Assembly: GCA_037440005.1 (NCBI GenBank)
Contig: JBBIUY010000008.1
Span: 23,615-87,614 of the forward strand
Length of the DNA stretch: 64,000 nt
Direction of reading: 5' to 3'
DNA from: Armatimonadota bacterium
GTDB lineage: Bacteria > Sysuimicrobiota > Sysuimicrobiia > Sysuimicrobiales > Kaftiobacteriaceae
Shown: in pieces, positions 7,393-15,651 of the stretch
Layout: each line of letters opens with the position of its first letter
How positions within the stretch are numbered: the stretch's first letter is position 1
The notes under the pieces: generated by a model
The model's database searches: none
Told to the model about the DNA's origin: nothing
Seen by the model: the letters and a program-made list of their open reading frames with translations, nothing else
Translations under genes and position numbers: made by a program

Positions 7393-8574
7393 GTGAGCCG
7401 GCCCGCACCGTCCGCAGGGGCGGCGATGCGCTTCATCGTGCTGCTGGGTCTGGTGAGCCTGGCGGCCGATATGACCTACGAAGGCGCCCGCAGCGTCACC
7501 GGTCCCTTCCTGGGCGTCCTGGGCGCCGGCGCCGTCGTCGTCGCGACCACCTCCGGCCTGGGAGAGCTCGTCGGCTACGGCCTGCGGGCGGCCTCCGGCT
7601 ACCTCAGCGACCGCACGGGACGCTACTGGGCCGTCACCGGCGTCGGCTACGCCGTCAACCTGCTGGCCGTGCCGCTGCTGGCGGTGGCCGGCCGGTGGGA
7701 GGTGGCGGCCGGGTTGATCGTCGCCGAGAGGGTCGGCAAGGCGGTCCGCACGCCGGCCCGGGACGCCATGCTCTCCCACGCCGCCGCGGCCGTGGGCCGG
7801 GGATGGGGGTTCGGCCTGCACGAAGCCCTGGACCAGGTGGGGGCGGTGGCGGGCCCGCTGCTGGTGGCGGCGGTCCTGGCGGCAGGCGGCGGCTACCGGA
7901 CGGCCTTCGCGGTCCTGGCAGCTCCCGCGGTGGTGGCCCTGGCCACGCTGCTCCTGGCGCGGCTGTCCTACCCGTCTCCCCGGCGCCTGGAAGCGGAGGT
8001 CCCGTCCGCGCCGGCCCCGTGGCCTCGCAGGTTCTGGCTGTACCTGGCGGGCACCGGGCTGGTCGCCGCCGGGTTTGCCGACTTCCCCCTGGTGGCGTTC
8101 CACGTGGCGCGGCACCGCCTGGCGCCCGACGCCTGGATTGCGGGCCTGTACGCTCTGGCGATGGGCGTGGACGCCCTGGCGGCGCTGGTTGTGGGCCGGC
8201 TATATGACCGCGCGGGCGTGGTGGTGCTGGCGTGGGCGGTGGCGGCCGCCGCCCTGTTCGCGCCGCTGGTCTTTGTGGGGTCGCTGCCCGGGGTGCTGGT
8301 CGGAGTGGCGCTGTGGGGCCTGGGGATGGGCGCCCAGGAGTCGGTCATGCGCGCGGCGGTGGCGGGCCTGGTCGCGCCGCCGCACCGCGGCGCGGCCTTC
8401 GGCCTGTTCCACGCCTGGTACGGCGTCACCTGGTTTGCCGGCAGCGCCCTGATGGGCGTCCTGTACGAGATCTCGCCGGCGTGGGTGGCGGCGTTCTCGG
8501 TGGCCGCCCAGGCGGCGGCGGTCCCGCTGCTGCTGGCAGGGGCGCGGGCGGACGGCCGTCCGCGGGCGCCGTAG
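7393..8574 (+). CDS. MFS transporter
   Basis: About 12 hydrophobic segments; GYLSDRTGR and GRLYDRAG motifs, ERVGKAVRTPARDA; start may be 7426. Confidence 0.9.
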   Translation: MSRPAPSAGAAMRFIVLLGLVSLAADMTYEGARSVTGPFLGVLGAGAVVVATTSGLGELVGYGLRAASGYLSDRTGRYWAVTGVGYAVNLLAVPLLAVAGRWEVAAGLIVAERVGKAVRTPARDAMLSHAAAAVGRGWGFGLHEALDQVGAVAGPLLVAAVLAAGGGYRTAFAVLAAPAVVALATLLLARLSYPSPRRLEAEVPSAPAPWPRRFWLYLAGTGLVAAGFADFPLVAFHVARHRLAPDAWIAGLYALAMGVDALAALVVGRLYDRAGVVVLAWAVAAAALFAPLVFVGSLPGVLVGVALWGLGMGAQESVMRAAVAGLVAPPHRGAAFGLFHAWYGVTWFAGSALMGVLYEISPAWVAAFSVAAQAAAVPLLLAGARADGRPRAP

Positions 8575-8580
8575 ATGCGG

Positions 8581-10008
8581 TCAGGGCGCCGACGCACTGC
8601 GGGGGATTCGCCCGGCGTGCCCGCGGGGCGGGGAGGGGAGATACGCTCCCGCCGCCACCAGGCGGCGCTGCAGCTCGGCCACCAGGCGCATGTCGCTTGC
8701 CAGCCGGGTGGGGGTGGTCTCGCGTTCCAGCGCCAGGGCGGCGGCCTCCCCGGCGGCCTCCCCCAGGGACATCCCTGTGGGGATGATCCGCAACGACCCC
8801 CAGGCCAGGTGGGTGGCCGAGAACGCCTTGCCCACCACCATCAGGCGGTCCACTCCCACCGGCACCAGGGCCCGGAAGGGGACCGTGTAGACCCGGCGCA
8901 CCGGCCGCAGCAGGTTCACCTGGCCGCGGGCGTAGGGGTGCAGGTCGATGGGGTACGACGCGACCGCGATGCGGTCGGGGAAGACCCGTTCGTGCATGAT
9001 GTCCTCGGCGGTCATGCGGTACAGCCCGACGATGTGCCGCGTCTCCCGGACGTACAGGTACGGGGCCGCCCCCGCCAGGGTGGCGCGGGCGAACCCGGGG
9101 GCGGAGGACCGCAGGAAGGCCACCACAGCCGGCAGCTCGGCGAGGGCCAGCTCCCGCCCCTGGGCCACCGACCGGGGGTCGGCGCCGTCCACGTCGAAGA
9201 TCTGCAGGGCGTTGACCAGCACGGTCCCGTCGCTCTGCCATCCCAGGTTGAGGTCAAACAAACCCAGCCGCGGGATGGACGGGACGTAGCGGCGGGCGAT
9301 CTGGCTGTACCCCCACGCGTACCGGCCGCGCACCCCGCCCCGGCGGTGGGGGACGTCCTCGCTGGCCACGTACCGGCTGACGGCGGCGGCGTCCACCCCG
9401 TCCAGCCGGAAGATCAAAGTGGCGGCCTGGGTGCGGCGGTCCCCCCCGCTGTCCTCGCGACCGACGGTGAACGGCACGCCGCTGGCCACCGCCACGGCGC
9501 CGTCGTCGGTGGCGTCGATCACCTGGCGGGCGCGGACCAGCCACTGCTGGCCGGTCTGCCGGTCCGCCAGAACCGCCCCCGCCAGAGCGCCGGCGTCCAG
9601 CACCGGACGGACCACCGTTGTGTGGGTCCGCACCACCAGGCGCGGCTGGGAGCCGACCAGGTCGTCGAAGACCGCCTGGGCCTGATCGATGTCGAAGGTC
9701 TGCCCCAGCTGCTGGTACACCCGGGCGAACAGACCCCCCGCGAGGATCTTTCCCCGGGGCGTCCGGTTGAGGTCCAGCATGTCCAGCCAGGCCAGGGTGA
9801 TGTCGCCGCCGATGGCCTCGCGGGGCTCCACTAGCAGCACCCTGGCTCCGGCCCGCGCGGCGGCCACGGCGGCGGCGATGCCGGACGGTCCGCCGCCCAC
9901 CACCAGCACGTCCGCGTCCACGGCGGCGTCGGCCGGAGGGCGGTCCACCGCCGCGACGCCGACCAGCAGGACGGCCGCGGCAACTCCGACACCCAGCGCT
10001 CTGCCCAT
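8581..10008 (-). CDS. FAD-dependent oxidoreductase with signal peptide
   Basis: DVLVVGGGPSGIAAAVAAAR Rossmann motif, IDATDDG, YVRETR, YPIDLH. Confidence 0.85.
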   Translation of the reverse strand: MGRALGVGVAAAVLLVGVAAVDRPPADAAVDADVLVVGGGPSGIAAAVAAARAGARVLLVEPREAIGGDITLAWLDMLDLNRTPRGKILAGGLFARVYQQLGQTFDIDQAQAVFDDLVGSQPRLVVRTHTTVVRPVLDAGALAGAVLADRQTGQQWLVRARQVIDATDDGAVAVASGVPFTVGREDSGGDRRTQAATLIFRLDGVDAAAVSRYVASEDVPHRRGGVRGRYAWGYSQIARRYVPSIPRLGLFDLNLGWQSDGTVLVNALQIFDVDGADPRSVAQGRELALAELPAVVAFLRSSAPGFARATLAGAAPYLYVRETRHIVGLYRMTAEDIMHERVFPDRIAVASYPIDLHPYARGQVNLLRPVRRVYTVPFRALVPVGVDRLMVVGKAFSATHLAWGSLRIIPTGMSLGEAAGEAAALALERETTPTRLASDMRLVAELQRRLVAAGAYLPSPPRGHAGRIPRSASAP

Positions 10009-10184
10009 CGCCGGTTCTCCGCCGGCCGCCCCCCGGACAGTGCGAGCGTCCGCCTGTCCCGGGAGGTTCCCCGCCCCTGCGGCCGGCTATCCCCTCTATG
10101 CCCCCGGGGCGGCGGATGAGGCGCGGGCGTATAATGGCAGGTGGAGATCCGGTGTCGTCACATCGGCGCGGAGGAGGGATCGTC

Positions 10185-10505
10185 ATGGCCAACCGCAGCG
10201 AGTTCATCGCGGGACTGGTGGTCGGCGCCCTGGTGGGGGTGGGCGTGGGCCTGCTGCTGGCGCCCCGGTCGGGGGAGGAGACCCGCGGGCGGCTGCGGGG
10301 CAAGGCCGACGAGATGGCCGACCGGCTGCGCGGCCGGACCCGCGACGTCACCAACCAGCTCAAGGAGACGGTGGAGGAGCTGGGCAGCCGGATGCGCCGC
10401 AGCGCCGACGAGGTCACCGCCCGGGTCCAGAAGGCGCTGGGCGAGCAGGTGCAGCGGCTGCAGGCCGCTCTGGAGCGGCCCGGGACTCCTCCCGAGCACA
10501 ACTGA
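10185..10505 (+). CDS. YtxH-family protein
   Basis: FIAGLVVGALVGVGVGLLLAPRSGEETR plus coiled coil; SD GGAGGAGG; TATAAT at 10130-10135. Confidence 0.9.
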   Translation: MANRSEFIAGLVVGALVGVGVGLLLAPRSGEETRGRLRGKADEMADRLRGRTRDVTNQLKETVEELGSRMRRSADEVTARVQKALGEQVQRLQAALERPGTPPEHN

Positions 10506-10555
10506 CCCTGCCGGCCCCACAGCGGAGCAGCTCCACCCCTGCTTTTGCCGTTCTC

Positions 10556-10588
10556 TATATTGACGAACTTCGATTTTTAGAGTACCGT
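10556..10588 (+). promoter_or_regulatory. ars operon promoter/operator
   Basis: TTGACG-17 bp-TACCGT with AT-rich imperfect dyad (ATTGACGAACTTCGAT) as seen at ArsR operators. Confidence 0.6.
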
Positions 10589-10601
10589 GGTCCCACGCGT
10601 G

Positions 10602-11012
10602 ATGCGGAGTCGCCCCGTGGCCGTCTCACTTCCTTCCCGTCTGTCCGACGACGGGCGGCGGGCCCCTGCGCGCCGCCCGTGCTGCCGCGGGAGGTGCGCG
10701 TCGGTGGTGGCCGCCACCCGGCTGGACCGGCGCGACCTGGCGCAGCGGGCGGAGGCGCTGGCGGCGGTGGGCGATCCGGTGCGGCTGGCCATGGTGACCC
10801 TGTTGGCCCGCCACCAAGCGCTGTGCGTGTGCGAGATCCAGACCGCCTTCGACCTGGGCCAGCCGACGATCTCTCACCATTTGAAGGTGCTGCGGGAGGT
10901 CGGGCTGGTGACCGTGGAGCGGCGGGGGCTGTGGGCCTACTACTCCCTGCGCCGGGACGCCCTCAGCGACCTGGCGCAGGACCTGCTCACCCTGGCCCGG
11001 CCGCAGGGGTAG
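10602..11012 (+). CDS. arsR: ArsR/SmtB metalloregulator
   Basis: GDPVRL, LCVCEI, QPTISHHLKVLREVGLV; N-terminal CC; start uncertain. Confidence 0.9.
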   Translation: MRSRPVAVSLPSRLSDDGRRAPARRPCCRGRCASVVAATRLDRRDLAQRAEALAAVGDPVRLAMVTLLARHQALCVCEIQTAFDLGQPTISHHLKVLREVGLVTVERRGLWAYYSLRRDALSDLAQDLLTLARPQG

Positions 11013-11017
11013 CCCCC

Positions 11018-11467
11018 ATGGAGATCCGACCCGCTGGTCCGTCCGATCTGCCCGCCATCCAGTCCCTGCTGGCCGCCGCCGGTCTCCCTCCGAACGGCGT
11101 GGCCGAGCAGAGGGGAGGGTTCGTGGTCGCCGTCGAGGGAGACCAGGTGGTGGCCTGCGCCGGATTGGAGGTCTACGGGCCGCACGGCCTGCTGCGTTCG
11201 GTGGCCGTGCGGCCCGACCGTCGCGGCCGCGGTGTGGGACGGGCTCTGGTCAGTCACCTGGCCGCGCGCGCCCGCGCGTCGGGCCTGACCGATGTCTACC
11301 TGCTGACGACCACCGCCGCGGACTACTTCTCCCGGCTGGGCTTTCACCCGGTGGACCGGGACCAGGTCCCGGAGGACGTGAGGACGTCTGCGGAGTTCAC
11401 GGCAACCTGCTGCGCCACCGCCCGGGCGATGCGCCGGACGCTGCGGGCCGGAGGAGAGACACCGTGA
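11018..11467 (+). CDS. arsN2: Arsenic-resistance GNAT N-acetyltransferase (ArsN2-like)
   Basis: GLLRSVAV...RGRGVG, VYLLTTTAADYFSRLGF, SAEFTATCC; located in the ars operon. Confidence 0.85.
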   Translation: MEIRPAGPSDLPAIQSLLAAAGLPPNGVAEQRGGFVVAVEGDQVVACAGLEVYGPHGLLRSVAVRPDRRGRGVGRALVSHLAARARASGLTDVYLLTTTAADYFSRLGFHPVDRDQVPEDVRTSAEFTATCCATARAMRRTLRAGGETP

Positions 11468-12162
11468 TGACGCCGGAGGACCTCAAGAAGAGCGTGCGGG
11501 ACCACTACGCCCGGGCGGCCCTGGGCGACTGCGGGTGCGCCGACGCCGGCTGCTGCGCGCCCTCGGCCGCCTCCTGCGAGACCGCAGGAGACGGCCTGGG
11601 CTGCGGGTTTCCCCTGGCCCATGCCGACCTGCGGCCCGGAGAGGTGGTGGTGGACCTGGGGTCCGGCGCGGGAGGCGAGGTGATCCGGGCGGCGACGCAG
11701 GTCGGTCCGGCCGGCCGGGCCCTGGGGGTGGACATGACCGCGGAGATGGTGGCCCGGGCGCGCGAGGCCGCCCGCGGGGCGGGAGTGCCCGCCGCGGAGT
11801 TCCTGCTGGGCGAGATGGAGCGCCTGCCTCTGGCCGACGCGGTGGCCGACGTGGTGATCAGCAACTGCGCCATCAACCTGGTCCCCGACAAGGCGGCGGC
11901 GTTCCGGGAAGCCTTCCGGGTGCTGCGGCCCGGCGGGCGGCTGGTGGTCTCCGACATGGTCTCCCGGGGGCCGCTGTCCCCGTCTCTGCGGGCCGACCCC
12001 CGGGCGTGGGCGGGCTGCGTGGGCGGCGCCCTGGACGTGGAGGAGTACCTGGCGCTGATCCGCTCCGCCGGATTCCACCCGGTGGAGGTCGTCGACGCCT
12101 CGCCGGCTGCTCCCGGTCAGGTGTTCAGCGTGACGGTGCGGGCCCGCCGGCCTGTGGCCTGA
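11464..12162 (+). CDS. arsM: Arsenite S-adenosylmethionine methyltransferase
   Basis: N-terminal CC, GLGCG, VVDLGSGAG, GVDMT, VISNCAINL, WAGCVGGA. Confidence 0.88.
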   Translation: MMTPEDLKKSVRDHYARAALGDCGCADAGCCAPSAASCETAGDGLGCGFPLAHADLRPGEVVVDLGSGAGGEVIRAATQVGPAGRALGVDMTAEMVARAREAARGAGVPAAEFLLGEMERLPLADAVADVVISNCAINLVPDKAAAFREAFRVLRPGGRLVVSDMVSRGPLSPSLRADPRAWAGCVGGALDVEEYLALIRSAGFHPVEVVDASPAAPGQVFSVTVRARRPVA

Positions 12163-12165
12163 CCG

Positions 12166-13035
12166 TCAGGAGCCGGTCGCGGAGGACGCCCCCTCGTCCG
12201 CCCGGTGGGCGGGCCGGCCGGCGTACTGCTCGGCCATCTCCCGGGCGCGCTCGGCCGCCCTCCGGATGGCGTCCTGCACGGCGCGGGCGAAGCCGCGGTC
12301 TTCCAGCACCCCCAGGGCCGCCATGGTGGTGCCCCCGGGCGAGGTGACCCGGCGGCGGAGCTCGCCGGGGTCGGCCGCCGACTCGGCCAGCATGCGGGCC
12401 GCCCCCACCAGGGTCTGCACCGCCAGCCGGCGGGCGAGCTCGCCGCTGAGCCCCAGGTCGGTGCCGGCGCGGACCATCGCCTCGATCAGGTGGTACACGT
12501 AGGCGGGGCCGCTGCCCGACAGCCCGGTCACCACGTCCAGCACGTCTTCGGAGACCACCACGGTGTCGCCCACCGCCTCGAACAGCCGCACGGCCGTGGC
12601 CAGGTGGTCGGCGGTGGCGCGGCGTCCCGCCGCCAGCGCCGTGGCCGACGCCAGGACGGCGGCGGAGGTGTTGGGCATCGCCCGGATCACCGGCACCCCC
12701 GGCAGCGCCGCCTCCAGGGTGGCCAGGGGGATGCCGGCGATGACCGACACCACCAACTGGTCGGGCCGCACCGCGCCGGCGATCTCCGCCAGCACCTCCT
12801 GGGTGTCCCGGGGCTTGACGGCCAGGACCAGCACCGAGGCGGCCGCCAGCAGCGGGGGTTTGGTCGGCGTCACCCGCACGCCGTAGCGGGCGCCCACCGA
12901 CAGCAGCCGCTCCCGGTTGGAGCGGTTGGTGACCCAGATGTCCTCCGGGGAGACCACGGCTCGGTCCAGCAGCCCCCGCAGCAGAGCGTCCGCCATGTTG
13001 CCGGCACCGATCATCCCGATGACCAGCTGCCCCAC
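12166..13035 (-). CDS. proC: Pyrroline-5-carboxylate reductase
   Basis: IGAGNMA, RAMPNT, TGLSGSGPAY, VTSPGGTT; GTG start after GGAGG. Confidence 0.95.
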   Translation of the reverse strand: MGQLVIGMIGAGNMADALLRGLLDRAVVSPEDIWVTNRSNRERLLSVGARYGVRVTPTKPPLLAAASVLVLAVKPRDTQEVLAEIAGAVRPDQLVVSVIAGIPLATLEAALPGVPVIRAMPNTSAAVLASATALAAGRRATADHLATAVRLFEAVGDTVVVSEDVLDVVTGLSGSGPAYVYHLIEAMVRAGTDLGLSGELARRLAVQTLVGAARMLAESAADPGELRRRVTSPGGTTMAALGVLEDRGFARAVQDAIRRAAERAREMAEQYAGRPAHRADEGASSATGS

Positions 13036-13051
13036 GTCTGCCACCTCCGCC

Positions 13052-13237
13052 AAACACACACGCCCTCCCGCCGCAAGGGCGGAAGGGCGTTCCGCGGTAC
13101 CACCTTACTTCCGGCGCGCCCGGCTGGCCGTCCGGGGGCGCCGGCACTCTGCGCCGTCTATCGGCCGGCGACCCGGCCCGCTTAGGACCCGGGTGGGTCG
13201 GTCACGGGCTGCTCCGGGGTGGGAGCCCCTTCATCGC
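13052..13237 (-). ncRNA. T-box riboswitch (Pro) with short Stem I
   Basis: Minus strand: GCGATGA start, T-box AAGGTGGTACCGCG, hairpin ACGCCCTTCCGCC/GGCGGGAGGGCGT; CCC codons in Stem I. Confidence 0.85.
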
Positions 13238-13248
13238 GTGTAAGCGTT

Positions 13249-13277
13249 ACTGTAGCACGCCCCGGCCGCAGGCGCAA
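13249..13277 (-). promoter_or_regulatory. Sigma70-type promoter of the proC leader
   Basis: TTGCGC-17 bp-TACAGT with extended TG. Confidence 0.65.
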
Positions 13278-13299
13278 GAGGTCGGTGTCCTGGGTTCGG

Positions 13300-13956
13300 C
13301 TACAGCCACCGGTCCCGCCCCCGGTAGATCTCCACCACCGGTCCGGTGGGGTGCTGCCGGCGGTACTCGCGGTACCGGCGGAGCAGGCGGCGGTACCGGC
13401 GGTCTGACGAGCGCAGGCGCCGGTGGGGGACCTGCAACAGGTACCGCTCCACCTTCCACACGTTGCGCCGGGACAGGCGCCAGTCGTACCCGCCCAGCTC
13501 CCGCAGGTCCACCAGCTGGTAGCCGGTGATGCGCCCGCTGTAGTCCACGTAGGGGTCGAAGTAACTCCACACCAGGTCCCGGAGGCTGCGGAACACCGGC
13601 CGCCGGCCGTGCAGCCCGGCGTCCCGGGACCGCCCCACGGCGCCCCACCGTCCCCGGCGGCGGAAGACGAACAGGACGTGGTCGATGCCGTCCTGGGACT
13701 CGAAGCTCAGCAGCAGGGGCGGGTAGCCGTGCTGCTCCAGGATGACGGCGGCCGCCAGGGCCGCTTCCAGGCAGTGGGCGGCGCCCCGGCGGACCACCTC
13801 CCGGAACGAGCGCAGGGTCTCTCCGCGCCGCTCCCAGTTGTACCGCAGCGACCGCAGAAACCGCTGGACCTGCTCGGGGGTGCGGTGGGCCTGGACGATC
13901 CGCCACTCCCTCCGGGTGAACGCCTCCCGCGGGGGCGGTCGGTAGCCTGCCGTCAC
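13300..13956 (-). CDS. Hypothetical protein, transglutaminase-like (Cys-His motifs)
   Basis: C-terminal part of ORF 13300..15066: AHCLEAALAAA, GIDHVLFVF, WGAVGRS. Confidence 0.65.
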   Translation of the reverse strand: MTAGYRPPPREAFTRREWRIVQAHRTPEQVQRFLRSLRYNWERRGETLRSFREVVRRGAAHCLEAALAAAVILEQHGYPPLLLSFESQDGIDHVLFVFRRRGRWGAVGRSRDAGLHGRRPVFRSLRDLVWSYFDPYVDYSGRITGYQLVDLRELGGYDWRLSRRNVWKVERYLLQVPHRRLRSSDRRYRRLLRRYREYRRQHPTGPVVEIYRGRDRWL

Positions 13957-14073
13957 GGGGGCAGGAATTCGCAGCCTGGCCCCGGGACGCCTGCCCGCGG
14001 CGGCGGGGCGGCCAGGGAGACGGCCTGGCTGCCGTCGAAGTGATGACACCCAGACCGGAAGGAGGTGTCCCCC

Positions 14074-14277
14074 GTGGCGGCCCGGGAGCCGGCGTTCGCT
14101 TCGGCCGACGAGGAGCGCGCGTACCTGGAGCGGGTGAAGGCGGAGCTGGACGCCTGCCGCACCAAGGAGGACGTGGTCCGGGTGTGGCGGGCCCACTACC
14201 TCCGGATCGGCCACCGCAGGCTGGGGCGGCTGCTGCTGGGCCGCAGCGTGGACGAGCTGGTGCGGGGCACGGAGTAG
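14074..14277 (+). CDS. Small hypothetical protein
   Basis: SD GGAGG, protein-like composition, 3-bp gap to the cupin gene. Confidence 0.65.
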   Translation: MAAREPAFASADEERAYLERVKAELDACRTKEDVVRVWRAHYLRIGHRRLGRLLLGRSVDELVRGTE

Positions 14278-14280
14278 GCC

Positions 14281-14661
14281 GTGGACGTCGTCCGGCCGGA
14301 CCGCGCTCAGGCCGGCCCTCCGGAGCGGCCGGAGTACGTCGCGGGGACGGTGCGCCTGCAGTACCTGCGCCGGCCCGCACCCGGGGGGATGGAGCTGATC
14401 GCCGTCTTTTTCGACCCCGGCGCCCGCACCATTCCCCACGTCCACCACGCGGAGCAGGTCCTGGTGTTCGTAGAGGGCGAGGGAGTCGTCGCCACCGAGG
14501 ACGGACGGCGCGTCGTGCGCGCCGGGCAGATCGCGGTCATCCCCGCGGGCGCCTGGCACTGGCACGGCGCCACCCGCACCTCGCCCGCCTGTCACATCTC
14601 CATCAAGGCCGCCGGCCCCACCGACTGGACCGTGGAGCGCCGGGACTGGGACGACTACTGA
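14281..14661 (+). CDS. Cupin domain protein
   Basis: FDPGARTIPHVH...EQVL and IPAGAWHWHGA cupin motifs. Confidence 0.88.
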   Translation: MDVVRPDRAQAGPPERPEYVAGTVRLQYLRRPAPGGMELIAVFFDPGARTIPHVHHAEQVLVFVEGEGVVATEDGRRVVRAGQIAVIPAGAWHWHGATRTSPACHISIKAAGPTDWTVERRDWDDY

Positions 14662-15593
14662 GGGCCCGCGGACAGCGGCGCCCAGGCGTCCGGCGGGACG
14701 TCGGCGGCGACGACGCCGGGGTGCAGCAGGGTCGCCAGGATTTCCACCCCCGTCACGATCCGGGGGCCGGGGCGGTTGAAGTACGCCGACGCGTCGGTGA
14801 GGTAGACCCGGCCGGACCGCACCGCCGGCAGGGTGTCCCACCCCGGCCGGGCGGTGAGCGGGGAGATCTCCCGCCGCGTCCGCGCCACGTCGAACCCGCA
14901 CGGCATCACCACCAGGACCTCGGGCGCCGCGGCCACGACGTCCTCCCAGGGCACGACCACCGACGGCTCCCCCGCCCGGCCGAGCACGTCGCGCCCCCCG
15001 GCGATCTCCACCATCTCCGGCACCCAGTGGCCTGCGATGAAGACCGGGTCCAGCCACTCGATGCACACCACCCGGGGCCGGGGCAGCCCGGCGGTCGCCC
15101 GCCGCACGCGCTCGATCCGGGCCTGAAGGTCAGTCGTCAGTTCTTCGGCCCGGGCGCTCCGGCCGGTCAGGTCCCCCACCAGGCGGATGGTGTCCAGGAT
15201 GCCCGCCCAGTCATGCGGTTCCAGCGAGACGATCTTCGGCTGCGCGTCCAGGAGACGGGCGGCCGCGGTGACCAGGGTGTAGGAGGGCGCGCACACCGCG
15301 CACAGCTCCTGGGTGAGGATCAGGTCGGGTCGCAGGGCCGCCAGCCGGGCCGCGTCCAGGTGGTAGACGCTGGTCCCCCGGTGCAGGTGGTCGCGGATGC
15401 GGGCGTCGATCGCCCCGCTGGGGAAGTCCGCGGTGACCACCGCCTGGCTCAGCACGGGCAGCCCGGCGACCTGAGGCGGGTAGTCGCAGTCGTGGGAGAT
15501 GCCGACCAGCGAGTCGGCCAGCCCCAGGGCGCAGACGATCTCGGTGGCGCTGGGCAGCAGCGAGACGATCCGCACGACCTGCCCCTTTGGCAT
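14655..15593 (-). CDS. Cobalamin/siderophore-type ABC substrate-binding protein (BtuF-like), no evident signal peptide
   Basis: RIVSLLPSATEIVCALG, LRPDLILTQELCAVCA, EWLDP..AGHWVPEMV, FNRPGPR. Confidence 0.85.
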   Translation of the reverse strand: MPKGQVVRIVSLLPSATEIVCALGLADSLVGISHDCDYPPQVAGLPVLSQAVVTADFPSGAIDARIRDHLHRGTSVYHLDAARLAALRPDLILTQELCAVCAPSYTLVTAAARLLDAQPKIVSLEPHDWAGILDTIRLVGDLTGRSARAEELTTDLQARIERVRRATAGLPRPRVVCIEWLDPVFIAGHWVPEMVEIAGGRDVLGRAGEPSVVVPWEDVVAAAPEVLVVMPCGFDVARTRREISPLTARPGWDTLPAVRSGRVYLTDASAYFNRPGPRIVTGVEILATLLHPGVVAADVPPDAWAPLSAGPQ

Positions 15594-15651
15594 CCGGAGC
15601 CGGCGTCCCTGCCGCCGCTCCGCGACCTCCCCCGGCCGGGGGTCGGCCGGC

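Noticed and set aside
5574..8574. tRNA-anchored genomic island or prophage
   Set aside because: No integrase, no duplicated tRNA 3' end seen, composition similar to the flanks
14046..14070. SRP RNA-like CCGGAAGG motif / SD-sequestering hairpin
   Set aside because: Lacks the SRP helix context (CAGG...GGAAGCAG); explained by the SD of the small ORF; the GACACC/GGTGTC stem is too short to support a claim
15594..15651. Cobalamin riboswitch upstream of the BtuF-like gene
   Set aside because: Gap is only about 58 bp with no B12 box
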